DNA from: Lingula anatina
Taxonomy: Eukaryota > Animalia > Brachiopoda
Length of the DNA stretch: 64,000 bases
Assembly (NCBI GenBank): GCA_051362555.1
Contig: CM120647.1
Span: 12,934,651-12,998,650, forward strand
Direction of reading: 5' to 3'
The notes under the pieces were generated by a model that was given only the letters and a program-made list of their open reading frames with translations, did not search any database and had not been told where the DNA came from. Positions 1 through 12,810 of the stretch are shown piece after piece. The translations under genes were made by a program, and so were the position numbers. Every line of letters starts with the position of its first letter. Within the stretch, counting starts at the first letter, position 1.

Positions 1-1940
1 TATCTCTATAAGAGAACATGTTATCTTAGGTTATCTCTATAGGTTATCTTAGGTTATCTTAATGGGTTATCTCTATAAGATCAAAGGTTATCTCAGGTTA
101 TCTCTATAGGTTATCTTAAGTTATCTTAACAGGTTATCTCTATAAGAGAACATGTTATCTTAGGTTATCTCTATAGGTTATCTTAGGTTATCTTAATGGG
201 TTATCTCTATAAGATCAAAGGTTATCTCAGGTTATCTCTATAGGTTATCTTAAGTTATCTTAACAGGTTATCTCTATAAGAGAACATGTTATCTTAGGTT
301 ATCTCTACAGGTTATCCTAGGTTATCTTAATGGGTTATCTCTATAAGATCAAAGGTTATCCCAGGTTATCTTCATGGGTTATCTCTATAAGATCAAAGGT
401 TATCTCAGGTTATCTCTATAGGTTATCTTAAGTTATCTTAACAGGTTATCTCTATAAGAGAACATGTTATCTTAGGTTATCTCTATAGGTTATCTTTGGT
501 TATCTTAATGGGTTATCTCTATAAGATCAAAGGTTATCTCAGGTTATCTCTATAGGTTATCTTAAGTTATCTTAACAGGTTATCTCTATAAAAGAACATA
601 TTATCTTAGGTTATCTCTATAGGTTATCTTAGGTTATCTTAATGGGTTATCTCTATAAGATCAAAGGTTATCTCAGGTTATCTCTATAGGTTATCTTAAG
701 TTATCTTAACAGGTTATCTCTATAAGAGAACATGTTATCTTAGGTTATCTCTACAGGTTATCCTAGGTTATCTTAATGGGTTATCTCTATAAGATCAAAG
801 GTTATCCCAGGTTATCTTCATGGGTTATCTCTATAAGATCAAAGGTTATCTCAGGTTATCTCTACAGGTTATCCTAGGTTATCTTAATGGGTTATCTCTA
901 TAAGATCAAAGGTTATCCCAGGTTATCTTCATGGGTTATCTCTATAAGATCAAAGGTTATCTCAGGTTATCTCTATAGGTTATCTTAAGTTATCTTAACA
1001 GGTTATCTCTATAAGAGAACATGTTATCTTAGGTTATCTCTATAGGTTATCTTAGGTTATCTTAATGGGTTATCTCTATAAGATCAAAGGTTATCCCAGG
1101 TTATCTTCATGGGTTATCTCTATAAGATCAAAGGTTATCTCAGGTTATCTCTATAGGTTATCTTAAGTTATCTTAACAGGTTATCTCTATAAGAGAACAT
1201 GTTATCTTAGGTTATCTCTATAGGTTATCTTTGGTTATCTTAATGGGTTATCTCTATAAGATCAAAGGTTATCTCAGGTTATCTCTATAGGTTATCTTAA
1301 GTTATCTTAACAGGTTATCTCTATAAAAGAACATATTATCTTAGGTTATCTCTATAGGTTATCTTAGGTTATCTTAATGGGTTATCTCTATAAGATCAAA
1401 GGTTATCTCAGGTTATCTCTATAGGTTATCTTAAGTTATCTTAACAGGTTATCTCTATAAGAGAACATGTTATCTTAGGTTATCTCTACAGGTTATCCTA
1501 GGTTATCTTAATGGGTTATCTCTATAAGATCAAAGGTTATCCCAGGTTATCTTCATGGGTTATCTCTATAAGATCAAAGGTTATCTCAGGTTATCTCTAC
1601 AGGTTATCCTAGGTTATCTTAATGGGTTATCTCTATAAGATCAAAGGTTATCCCAGGTTATCTCTATAGGTTATCTTAGGTTATCTTAATGGGTTATCTC
1701 TATAAGATCAAAGGTTATCTTAGGTTATCTCTATAGGTTATCTTAAGTTATCTTAACAGGTTATCTCTATAAGAGAACATGTTATCCTAGGTTATCTCTA
1801 TAGGTTATCTCAGTTTATCTTAATGGGTTATCTCTATGAGATCAAAGCTTATCTTAGGTTATCTCTGTAGGTTATCTTAAGTTATCTTAAGGGGTTATAT
1901 CTATAAGAGGACAAGTTATCTCGAGTTACCTTAAGGGGTT
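1..1940. repeat. GGTTATCT-based satellite array with hierarchical periodicity (10/13-mers > 67 bp > 134 bp > ~735 bp); runs off the window start
   Basis: tatctctataagagaacatg recurs at 1, 135, 269 (period 134). Each unit is two 67-bp halves (21+10+13+10+13). Rare variants tatctttgg (491/1226) and aaagaacata (591/1326) recur 735 bp apart. Array degenerates after ~1800. Confidence 0.97.
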
Positions 1941-2034
1941 ATTACTATATGGAAACCGATTATCTTTAATGTTTGGGTCATTTAAAATTTACCGGCATGT
2001 GCTTGTTAGATTAATTACCACTAGTTTCTGAGTT

Positions 2035-2450
2035 TTAAACAAGTAAGGCGACTGGCAAGCTTATTTAACTATGGTCATACAAGGTTAGATTTGTGAGCTT
2101 TTCAGAGAGTGGCACCCTCTCTTTAATAAAGTGCTAAGGTCAGAGAATTCATTAAGTTACCTAATTAGAAGGGTGGACTTATACCGCCAAGTTTATGTCT
2201 TTATCAAGTAAGGCGACTGGCAAGCTTATGTAACTATGGTCATACAAGGTTAGATTTGTGAGCTTTTCAGAGAGTGGCACCCTCTCTTTAATAAAGTGCT
2301 AAGGTCAGAGAATTCGTTAAGTTACCTTAGTCAAGTGGTTTATGCTTTTAACAAATAAGGTGATTGGCAAGCTTATTTAGCTATGGTTTTACAAAGTTAG
2401 ATCAGTGAGTTTTTTAGAGGGCAGCACCCTCTCTTTAATATAAGTGCTCC
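2035..2450. repeat. ~150-165 bp tandem repeat, 3 copies
   Basis: aagtaaggcgactggcaagctta...ggcaccctctctttaat at 2041 and 2206, with a diverged copy at 2353. Confidence 0.9.
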
Positions 2451-2865
2451 TAGCAATTATTATGTTTTTAAGTGGACAGTTGGCTGACTGAATATGGAGG
2501 TGTTTTTCCTGGTGAGGAGGGGTTCCAGCATGTAGGAATTGGTCCCTTGGCTGCAGTTGACAAGTTCCTGGCCAAGACCTTGGGGTGCAGTTGACAGGTT
2601 CCTGGCCAAGGTTGCTGCTGGTTTTGATGGCGAAGAGAAGTGCACATCTCATCCTCGGGTGAAAGGCCGTACGGGTCCGGGGCGCCATCGGCGCAGACGT
2701 CAACTTGGTGCTGTTGATGATGTTCCAGTCCAAGTGCGCGGTGAAATCCTCCATGAGACTTGGGGGTAGTTTTTATTTTAGTTTCCTTAGTTATCCCATT
2801 GGGAACACCAGATACCTTATTCAGCCAGCTGATACCAAGAAGAAACAAAGGGAGGGTCAACGACG

Positions 2866-3115
2866 TCCATCAACGATGCCATCCAACGTGGTGCCGTCAA
2901 CGAGGCCGTCCTTAGCGTAGTTACCACCAGAGATACCAGATGTCGTCGCACGCTTCCCAATTCCATCAACGGAGCCATCTAACGCGAACCGTCAACGAGG
3001 CCGTCCTACGCATGGTTACCACTAGAGATGCCTGATGTCATCGCACGCTACCCGATTCCATTAACGATGCCATCCAACGCAGTGCCGTCAACGAGGTCGA
3101 CTCCATCTCGGATGT
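2866..3115. repeat. ~96 bp tandem repeat, ~2.5 copies (plus a ~33 bp pair at 2546-2611)
   Basis: caacga/ggagccatc..aacg..ccgtcaacgagg at 2871, 2967 and 3062. Confidence 0.85.
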
Positions 3116-3359
3116 CATCTCACACTACGCGCAACGCCAACTTCTCAATTTTATAGACATTTATGACAATAAGTCATGTGATAGTCACCACTGACTTGAG
3201 AATTTTATGGTCGATTTATCCGTTTAATAAAATTTATTAAAACATAAATCTGCCTCTTTATTTCTGAAGGACAGGGATATACTTTCCCTAAGAAACACCC
3301 AAGTTCCCACGCCGCGCATGGGTGTCGCGGTCGCTCGGGCCCGACCCCTCGCGTTACAA

Positions 3360-3700
3360 TAGCAAAATTATGTCCACTTTTAAATGGCGGATGGCGGCCA
3401 TCTTGGATTTGAGGCGTATAATGGCCGCCAATTGCTTCCATAATATCAAAAATGGGTTCCTTGTCCCTAATTTAGTCAGGTTTGGTAATCTTTACATGTT
3501 TTTAGGCTGAAAACTGATAGAAATATGAAATATTGTCTATTTTGTTAACTAATTTGCATAATTTGTGCTTATTTATGCATTGATAGAGCGTGTCTCTACG
3601 GACAAAAAATTTGTTTTTTGCCCAAGGAACATTCATGCCAAGTAAACACTACAAAATGCAGCGTTTGGCTATTTTTTGGTTCTTAACAAGCCTGCTATAG
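3360..3700. mobile_element. Probable non-autonomous interspersed repeat (possibly Helentron/HINE-like)
   Basis: Contains atggcggccatcttggattt, aatttgcataat and ggaacattcatgccaagt blocks, which I recall from invertebrate non-autonomous repeats. No coding signal; ends not defined. Confidence 0.35.
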
Positions 3701-4033
3701 GTAAAACGTCATTCGTGTCTGAGACTGTCTTCTACAAAATATCAATTTGAGGTAATTAACAGGCAAACAGAAAGGGTTTTTATTAAGCACTGCTTTATAT
3801 TTATAATAATTGGAGAATTTATAAATAACTAAGAGACATCTTATGTTTGCCAGGTTATAAACTTTTTATTTTGTTTCTATCGCCTTTTTGCTTATTTCAA
3901 AAAGCGCGCTTTCTCCACATGAGCAATCACTGTTCTATTAAAATAGCGTGGAAATAATGACACAGACAAACACAGAAAGTTTGTCCAATATGCCATTTGA
4001 TATAAAGACACAGAGATAACTTTAAATGCTTAC

Positions 4034-4065
4034 CTTGGCAGTTTTTCCCGTAGTACCCGGCAGAT
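4034..4065 (-). pseudogene. 3' fragment of a type B EGF exon at a deletion junction
   Basis: SAGYYGKNCQ G|GTAAGC is joined directly to intron sequence homologous to 7130-7260. Confidence 0.75.
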
Positions 4066-4253
4066 ATTTGATACCTGGTATAATTAACATCACCGACTAT
4101 CTGGTCTTTCCAAAAAAAAAAGGCAGACAAACACGCATATATGCTCGCAAAAACATAAATCCTAGAAAACGCTCGCAATCACATTAACTCATACACAGTG
4201 ATTTTCTCAATGTGTTATTTAAAAAAAACGCAGGGAGAACGTTGGATACCTAC

Positions 4254-4364
4254 CTTGGCAGTTTGTACCATAGTACCTGGCAGAACACAAACATCGATAG
4301 GAATTCACCAGGTCAACACACGTCCCACCATTCTGACAAGGACGACTGGAGCATTCACTGATTT
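4254..4364 (-). CDS. Copy B EGF exon type B (second)
   Basis: [37 protein letters not shown], 111 nt. Confidence 0.9.
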
Positions 4365-7300
4365 CTAAAAAGTTAATATGAATTACAATAACGGAAGCTG
4401 GTAAAAAGGGTAATTTATTTTAATCGTAAAACCAAAACAGCTTATAAATAACACAGAAAACGGTGTACTGACTTTGTTAAGTTGACAAGTTAAAAATTTC
4501 ACTCCATATGTTTTCCTTCCATTGATCAGTATACTCTATTTATATAAGCTATTAAAGTCAAATACCAAGTTGACACAATTTGCCAGTGAAACCAGGAAGG
4601 CAATGGCAGTCAAACCCGCCATGATTATTTATACAGGTGGCGCCCCTAGCACATGGGTTGTTCATGCATTCATTGATGTCTGCAAAAGAAACAAAATATA
4701 TTTGTACCTTTAACTGATAATTTTACTTTTTACTTTAAACTTTTTCAAATGTGTAATAATTATTATGCCCTGGATAATCATTTTGCAAACAAAGGTAATC
4801 AAAAGAAAAAAATTATACAAATATTTTGATAGTATGAAAGAGTTCGATGCGTTCAAAAAATAATCATATCAACTTAAAGCGCGAGAGAGTATCCATGCAG
4901 TTTTATATAGGCTTTATACAAAAAGTAATGAAAAACTTTTCATTAGTCTCACATATTACAAAGACTTATAGTTTACTATCTACCGTTTTCACACAATGTG
5001 CCTTGGAAACCGGAAGAACAAGAACATTGGAACGACTCTACAGTGATCTCACAATGGGCACCATTTCTGCAAGGTTTACCTAGGCAATGGTTGGTCACTA
5101 GAATGAATACATGTGTTCACACCCCATTAAACTTCTTCAGACTTACAAGTACCTCCTCGTCCAACAGCCATGAAATGGGGTAAAAGATTTGCCACGGAAT
5201 TGACTTTCTTTAAATTTTTATTATTCTCGATTATACATACTTGACATTTAATATGGAATATTTCAGTTTCGAAGGTATGCCTAGGTAAAAATGCGTTCTT
5301 TTTTCAAAAACACTCCGATCTGTATAAGATATGTGAATGGAGAAGTGTGTAGTCAGGTGTGTCGCTACCAATTAACTGAATACCAGGTTTGTTGCGCTGC
5401 TGCATTATGTAATATGCAGTGATTTAATTGGGTAGTGCTCCTTTGGGGAGGTCAAAGCTTGGCTTTGGCAAAGCATGGTTCTGAGAAAAAAGTTTCCATA
5501 CACTGTATGTCGGCAACTACTGCATAGAAGAATTTGAAATTTTGCATGCAAGTGGTCGGTATTGCAGTGTGTAAAATGAGCTATGTAGTGCTTTACAAAT
5601 TTGCTAATCTGTCCCAGAATGGCGTGAAAAAAACAGGCATTGCCGGACAGATAATTGCGCCGAATGAAGCGGTCTGCACAGTTTTATAGAGTAATGCCCT
5701 GACTGATGTACCTACACAGAGGCCACACCCAATGTATTGAAATCTTACCTAAAGGGCACAGGACCCACTGTCTTTTGGGATATGCTGTTGCAAGTAAACA
5801 GAAAAATAAAACATCCAGTCCGTTCAGAATGAGGGGAAAACTGCCACCAAAACGCATTTTCAAGGCCCTTAGCGAACACCAAACTGGTTTTAGCAGGTTA
5901 GAATACCAGACGACCACCAAGGAACCCACTGTAAACAGCAAAACATCGTTGTATGTTTCTCTGATGAATTGGAGACCTTGACCGTTTCTGGGTTGAACAC
6001 TGAAACCTCGTGGCTTTCTTTATTAAGGTCAGATTTCACCTGTACCGCTCAACTATAGTCAAAACAGAGTTTACAGACATCCAGAAGAGGCCAACGACGA
6101 AGCGTGTGCTGCGTCTAAAGTGACTAAGGTCATTAACAGCGTCAGTATTTGGAGCGGAGTACCAAAACACCAATGGTAGTCATCGACGGAAACCTGAACC
6201 AGATCAAATAAAGGAATAATCTGGGAACCACTTGACTATCATTTGATAGGGGGCACCTTAGGAACAATTTTAGGTTGCACAGTGAAAATGCCAGTTCATA
6301 CAGAGCACTTTTAATAGCAAATTACTTACAGAACCAAGGGAATGAACAGCTACCTTGGTCATCAAAATCGCCATATTTGAACTACATAGACAATGTGTGG
6401 GTAGGCCATTACTCGCCACATCAATATCCTACATGTCCTGTAACAAAACTGGACCAAATTGGACAGATTTTGACTGATGCCTGGAATGTTATTCCAGGTT
6501 GAACTCTTAAAAACCTAATCCAAGGAATGCCTTGACATTTGAGAGCGCTTGCAGCAACCAGAATATGTCAGGCGTAACAGCAACCGTTACTGTGACTAGA
6601 CACTTACATGAGGGTCCTTTGTGGAGCATGTAACTCTTTTACAGACAATAATTTAGAAAATATGGAGATCCAAAATATCTCTTTTAATGGTTGTCGTATG
6701 ACATAGAATAGGCAATGTGTTTTTGTTTGCTTCTCTGGCGAATTACATTAATGAACTGATGTCATAATGACATCAAAGAGATTATAAAGACGTTATTAAA
6801 ACGATTTTAATTCTTATTTCCATCTATCAGTCAGCAAAATAGGGAAAAATGATGAAAATGATTTGGAAAAAATAGTCCATATTAAATGTCAAATCTTTAG
6901 AAGAATAACAGATTTTTTATGTGAGACATCTGCAAAAATATAAAATGTTTAAAAAGTTTTTAACTGACTTAGTGACAGTCACGGCTGTTCTTACTTGTTT
7001 CACATATTTTGCCGGTATATCCAAACGGACAAGTGCAAGAATACGTATCATTTTGATTCCTGCAGGTAGCACCATTTTGACACGGGCTGCTGCGACAGGG
7101 ATCTCTCTCTGTAACGTAATTTAAACGGCTGTTGATACCTGATATAATTAACATAACACTCGTCTTTCCCAAAAGAGGCAGACACACACACGCAAATAAG
7201 CTCGAAAACAGAAAACACGCACGAACATATAAACACACATTGATTTGCTCAATTTGGTATTTCAAAAAAGAAGCGCAGGGAGAACGTTGAATACCTACCT

Positions 7301-8738
7301 TGGCAGTTTGTCCCTTGGTACCCGGCAGAACACAAACACCGATAAGAATTCACCATGTCAACACACGTCCCACCATTCTGACAAGGACGACTTGAACATT
7401 CACTTATTTCTTAAAAAGTAAATATTGATAAAACGTGATAAAATCTTCACTTGTAAAAGGGCCAAATTTATTTTATCGTAAAAAAACAAAAACAAAACAA
7501 ATTATAAATACCACGGAATACTTTGCACTGACTTTGTTTGATTCAGAAATGAAAGTTAGATATTTTAAAAATTCAAAATTAAACTTCATATTTGCACTGA
7601 TCAATACACTATTTTTTTACTATTAGCTAAATTTATTATCATACCAAGCTGACATAATTTGCCAGTAAAACCAGGAAGGCAATCGCAGTCAAAACTGCCA
7701 TGATTATTTCTACAGGTGGCGCCCCTGGCACACGGGTTGTTCATGCATTCATTGATGTCTGCCAAAGAAAAATATTTGTATCTTTAACTTATTTTCTGTC
7801 TATTTTCCAATTGCATTTCTTTGTACTTATTCCAGCCGTTATTATAGCATTTCTTCAAAGGTTTGCTTAGGCACTGGATGGTCACTGTAATAAATAGGCA
7901 TCTCTGTGGCCACACTCCATTAGATTTCGTCATGCCTACATTTCGGGCTGATATCTCGTTTTTTATTATTTTTAAAGTTGGATTTTCACTTTTATGGAAT
8001 GGCAAATTTTGAATATTTTCACCATATTTATCTAGAGATCCAATATAAAACCAAGCGTCTTCCTTCGCGTACTTACCATTTGACTCATTGTTTGTTGAAA
8101 CCAAATTATTGTTGAGTTGATCACTATTTTCTTTTGGGGTGAAGGCTAGCGACCATACAACAACAGCAACCAAGGCAGCGCATATGATTCCCGCCAACAC
8201 CAATGCTATTTGTAGCCGTCTATTCACGTTTGTCTTTGGTAGCTGTGCAAACCTTAGTTTGGGATCATTGGCATTTGCGGTTGGATGAGGAATCCTTAAA
8301 CTCTCATAAACATTTGATTCCTCCACTAAAGCATGATCAGCATCCGACGACGTTTCATATGTTGCATTCACATATGCGGCACTTTGGTTTTGGGGAGTAG
8401 TGAATAACTTGATACCTAAAAGTAGTTTTTGCTTGATTTCATCATGGAATCGACAACTTCAGTATTCTATTTGTATTGAATTTAAATGTTTTAAAAAGAT
8501 GAAATATATTTTATGGAAAGTGGTATTCTCAGATCACCTGAATATCATGGTCATATCCAAATAAATAAGTAAAGGTGAGAAACCAATATATTTACGCTGA
8601 GCAAACATTCAGCAAGTACTCTCCCTTTACATATTTTATAGCTTGAATTTAAAACAAATTTATGAAATAAACTCTAACTTATTCAAATTGAGTAAATTAA
8701 ACCTAAATCCCTGGATGCATACCTCTTTTGTCTGCCAT
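4254..8738 (-). CDS. Receptor copy B: type II TM protein with one Tyr-motif tail unit and 6 intact EGF repeats; 3' end unresolved (no SRCR exon in window)
   Basis: Exons 8738-8723 (MADKR), 8415-8077, 7758-7645, 7409-7299, 7108-6995, 5097-4984, 4679-4566, 4364-4254. All have AG/GT sites and phase-1 junctions, open for 344 codons. Confidence 0.85.
4566..4679 (-). CDS. Copy B EGF exon type A (second)
   Basis: [38 protein letters not shown], 114 nt. Confidence 0.92.
4984..5097 (-). CDS. Copy B EGF exon type D
   Basis: [38 protein letters not shown], 114 nt. Confidence 0.92.
5750..6600 (+). mobile_element. Degenerate Tc1/mariner transposase remnant in an intron of copy B
   Basis: 6275-6400 reads [10 protein letters not shown]...[26 protein letters not shown], matching the Tc1 motif DNA.PH...LPWPSxSPDLNPIENVW. 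Frameshifts and stops elsewhere; ends approximate. Confidence 0.8.
6995..7108 (-). CDS. Copy B EGF exon type C
   Basis: [38 protein letters not shown], 114 nt. Confidence 0.92.
7299..7409 (-). CDS. Copy B EGF exon type B
   Basis: [37 protein letters not shown], 111 nt. Confidence 0.92.
7645..7758 (-). CDS. Copy B EGF exon type A (Ca-binding EGF)
   Basis: [38 protein letters not shown], 114 nt, phase 1-1. Confidence 0.92.
8077..8415 (-). CDS. Copy B exon: cytoplasmic Tyr-motif tail + TM helix
   Basis: [21 protein letters not shown]...SNVYESL...[32 protein letters not shown]; acceptor ttttag, donor G|GTAAGT. Confidence 0.88.
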
Positions 8739-10200
8739 GTTTACTTTCTTCCAAAATTCAAGAGCTGTGGAATGATAAAATGCTGTACTGCCACATCTGG
8801 CAAAGAAAGAATATAAAGGTGTATTTTGCAATTACGTCGCATTTCACAATATATTGGTTCCTCAACACGTTTCAGTGGATTACAAAAATTTGGTTGTAAA
8901 ATGCGCCGTGGTTGCATGGTGCTTAAATAACGTTTTTTTTTTCCTTTGATTACAAAAGGCGGTGAGCTTGCAGTAGTGAGAGTGCTCAAAATGTATTATC
9001 TGAGCGACATCAAGCCCGGTGTTACAGGGGCTTAAGATAAAGAAGCATGAAATATTACGATTTGCCACCCACCGCGTTTTCTATAGCTGACATGTTGGTA
9101 AATATGTGTTATCTATAATCCCTGTACATTAGCAACGAGACCTAACTGTAATGTAAACTTTCCTATCGATTTTTTCACTTACACTAGACCAAAGGATATT
9201 TTGAAAAATGGTTGTTTGTGTTAAACATTTTCAGCTCTTATCATGTTCAGTTTTAGGTCGTTATTTAGCTAAATATTTCCGTTGTAAAGTTGCAATAATA
9301 CAACTGCAAACAGAACCTACCGCAAACTTAAAACTGTGGAGGTACTTATTGTACACTTTGCCACTGTATATTTTGCCATTTATATCACATTATCATCATT
9401 TGATGGAAATAGACATGTACTTATTGATAAGTAAACAAGACTCGTAACCAAAAGATCATAATGTTTCTGATTCTTAAATGTTTAATAAGGAAAAGACATT
9501 ATCGCCAAGGTCACTATGATAAGCACAACCATTGTATCTACACTCACTAACATTTAATTCATTTCAACATTTTAACTTTGCAACGCAGTGCGACAACTGT
9601 GAGATGAGATGACTTATGTTTAGAAGTATAAACGTAAAATTTCCAAACCTAGAATACATAATTATTGTACTTACCAGTGTGTTTGCATAGTGGTGTTTTC
9701 AAGCAGCCTTTTTACTAATGTGACACTGCGCACGTTTGTTGACAACAACGCCTTCGCTCCCACGCTAAAACTAATCAATATTGCTTCCTGGTTCACAAAC
9801 GAGTTCAACACGTGACAGGACAAATACGTCGCTGCAAAATGTTTGCCTCTAAAAGTGGTTGCTTTTTTATTTATTTGAGCTCCATTCATAGGGACGAGGT
9901 AGTACTTCTAAATTGTCGACTTTGAAGGTAGGTCCTGATATTTTTATTCCAATTGTAAAGACAAAGTACACCCCACAAATAAAATATGCACTGAGGTACT
10001 TCATAGCTTTACTTTTTCGTCCCAAATATGCTCATAAAATACGATCCAGATACTAAATCCCCATATTCCTAAGTTAAAACCTCCATAGTTACTTGACGGT
10101 TGCAATAAAGTTCTAGTTAGAGTAGCTTCACGGATAGAGGTCATAATGTTTACACAACATAGCATCTTTGGTAGAGATAAAAAAATTATCATTAGGTTGC
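8590..10200. repeat. Paralogous 5' region of copy B, homologous to 23620-26045 of copy A
   Basis: Colinear shared blocks, e.g. ccctggatgcatacctct, cactagaccaaag, gtcactatgataagcacaacc, aaacctagaatacataattatt, ggtcataatgtttacacaac. Confidence 0.93.
9675..9850 (-). promoter_or_regulatory. Putative non-coding first exon and promoter of copy B (ETS site, GTCACGTG E-box)
   Basis: GTAAGT donor at 9674; CCAGGAAG at 9784-9791 and GTCACGTG at 9809-9816; all three conserved in copy A. Confidence 0.5.
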
Positions 10201-11639
10201 GGTAGTGAGGCGCCTTTAGCAGTATACAACTAAAACAATACATGTGAGGACGTGTGGCGGGATTAAACTGTTCACTTCTGCTTGGGATGGCCCCACTTCG
10301 CACCTAACACTTAAAATGTATTATCTAAATTTTCAGCAGGGCCCGAATTTCATCAACACTGGAGAGCGCTGTCCTTTGGATACCGTGTACCTGAACTATC
10401 CATTTATCACTGTGTCACTGCTGTTACATCATATACATACTGATACAGGGTCGCTTGTCACCTTTATTGGTTGATGAGTCAAGAACCATAGAAAACAATT
10501 TTGAAATGCGATGCTTCAGTCCAACATAATGGAAACAACATCAGCGTCGGTTTAGTACTTAAAAAAACACTCATATTACAGTAGATTATATGTAGATGTA
10601 GGTAAATAGTATTTTCCTAATTTTTTAACAGTTTCCCCTTAACCAAATACATATATGTACAGTTTACATTATCTTGGAAGACAGTAACTGAAAATACATT
10701 TTAATGAACGATCTCGTGCTATTCACATTTCATTCAAGCAATTTTCCAAAGAGAATTGGAATAAAGTTAATAATAATCATAATAATTAATACACAATAAA
10801 TAGCTTTTCACTACAAATATTTCAATGCAATTAAGTTATGTGCAGTGCTTAAGATATAACCGTATGCTATACTAAAAGGATGCATTCTACTCTAAACTTA
10901 TTACAAAATACGAAGTTGAAAACATGTACCGCAAAAACTATAAGTGCGGTTTTCAAACTGTCTTAAAAATCTGTGATTGAATATTATTTCTCATTCCAGA
11001 CAATAACAGGTTTACTAAAGTATATTTGGAGGAGCCCCGGTGAGACGCCTTAAAAAAGAAGAATTAAAAAACCAATGTGCTGGTCATGTAACTGGTAAAG
11101 GGGGGCACCGAAGTCACCGGGGAGAGAGTTGAGAACCCGCCACTGAACCGTGAAAAAGATCTGTGATTTCTTATCTCTCCATTTAACCAGCTCAGTGGGT
11201 TACTGAAATTAATTTCCTTGTTGAAGATTAATGGCACCGATCACAACGTCTGACCGTTCGGTTATTTTCTTTGCATTTACAACATAATCTTTCCTCCTCT
11301 TATGTGAAATCACACTACTAGATGAATCAGATCATTTACTCTCTAATCAAGAGTGTCTTTCATGGCTGGACCAATATAGCCTACCATACCAATATAGCCT
11401 ACTATACATTCTTGAGTCAATGTACGAAGGATATGGTGGCCATTATAACCTATCGACACTGATATAACATTGTAAGGTAAAGCGCTGGTCTGTAAATCTG
11501 TGTTGAATTTTATTTTGTTGGCATGACAAAATATCAACAAATTACAGAATTTAAAAAATCAACACTTGTTAAATAATAGGGTGTTCATATGGCACTTTTG
11601 TCTTCCCGTAGGAGGTTTACTAAGTTCTAAGATGCACAG

Positions 11640-11973
11640 CCAAAAATAAAGAACGCCAGCATCTTCAGCGTGATTACAGTTTTCAACTGCCCAACCATTG
11701 TGACCACATGACCCAATATTGGATTCTGAGCCTGTGCATCCGACATCGTCCAACCATATGGTTCCTTTGCCTTGTCCAAAATATGCACTCTCTACAGCAA
11801 GTGCGTTGGAATATGGAAGACTTAAGGACTTGCAGAAAACTCTGGCATCAGTGTTATCCCAGTTGTCATCGCAACTGTTCCCCAGCCTCCATTATGGTAC
11901 ACTTCTACCCTACCACCGTATTTGCCATTGATATTTATTCCAGTAAGACGGTACGGGTGACTGGACACAAAAG
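11640..11973 (-). pseudogene. Frameshifted SRCR terminal exon of the headless block
   Basis: YRLTG...[29 protein letters not shown]...NCNHAEDAGVLY. 1-nt deletion at ~11873 (gcaac vs gcaaac in copy A), last Cys is Tyr, and TGG stands where copy A has TGA. Confidence 0.85.
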
Positions 11974-12216
11974 CTGGAATGTTAAAACAAAAGATAAAGA
12001 CAGAGTGTTTCATTTATGATCCATTCATATTGCTTTATCTTTTTTCTTTCTTTCTTTCTTTTGTGTAAGTTATATTCTGTCATGATATGTCTGAATTATA
12101 TTGTTTTATCATGTTGTATTTTACACATTATTCCTTCAGAATTTTATCTCTTTCCAGCTACAGTCTAGCGAGCTATATCAAATTATTTCTATGTTCGTCT
12201 ATTTTAAGCTTTTTAC

Positions 12217-12330
12217 CTGATTCACAATTCCTGCCTGTATATCTGTAAGGACAGCTGCAGGAATACGATAAAGTTTCATTCCTACAAATGGCGCCATTCT
12301 GACAGGGTGTGCTGCGACAGTGATCTGCTT
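12217..12330 (-). CDS. Headless block EGF exon type C
   Basis: EADHCRSTPCQNGAICRNETLSYSCSCPYRYTGRNCES, 114 nt, intact splice sites. Confidence 0.75.
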
Positions 12331-12499
12331 CTGTAGCAAATATGGCGAATTTTCTAAGCATGTTCTTGTTAGTTTTCTTTTTATTGAGTTTAACTACGCA
12401 GGCAATTCATATAATACATTTTCTTTATATATGGATTTCATGTACAAATTATATTTATCATAATCCAAACATATTTGCTCATATATTTTCAAGTTTCAC

Positions 12500-12610
12500 C
12501 TTGGCAGTTTGTCCCGTAGTACCCGGCAGAACACAAACATTGATAAAAATTCACCATGTCAACACACGTCTCACCATTCTGACAAGGATGGCTGGAACAT
12601 TCACTGATTT
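12500..12610 (-). CDS. Headless block EGF exon type B
   Basis: [37 protein letters not shown], 111 nt. Confidence 0.75.
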
Positions 12611-12810
12611 CTAAAAAAAAAAGAGTATATTAATAAAACATTATTTCATTTTAAAAGCAAAACATCTTATAAATACCGCAGAAAATGTGTACTGACTGTT
12701 AATTTTAGAATTTAATGTTAGAGATTTCGAAAATTAAAAAATTCACTTGGTATTTAAGTTTTCTTTGCAATGACCTGTATACCACCCTTTTACTGGCTAA
12801 AGTAACATAC

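Noticed and set aside
1-1940. CRISPR array or telomere
   Set aside because: No unique spacers, eukaryotic context, and the unit is not TTAGGG; it is a satellite.
2389-2920. Overlapping ORFs of 61-130 aa
   Set aside because: Within a repeat block, no recognisable domain or splice structure.
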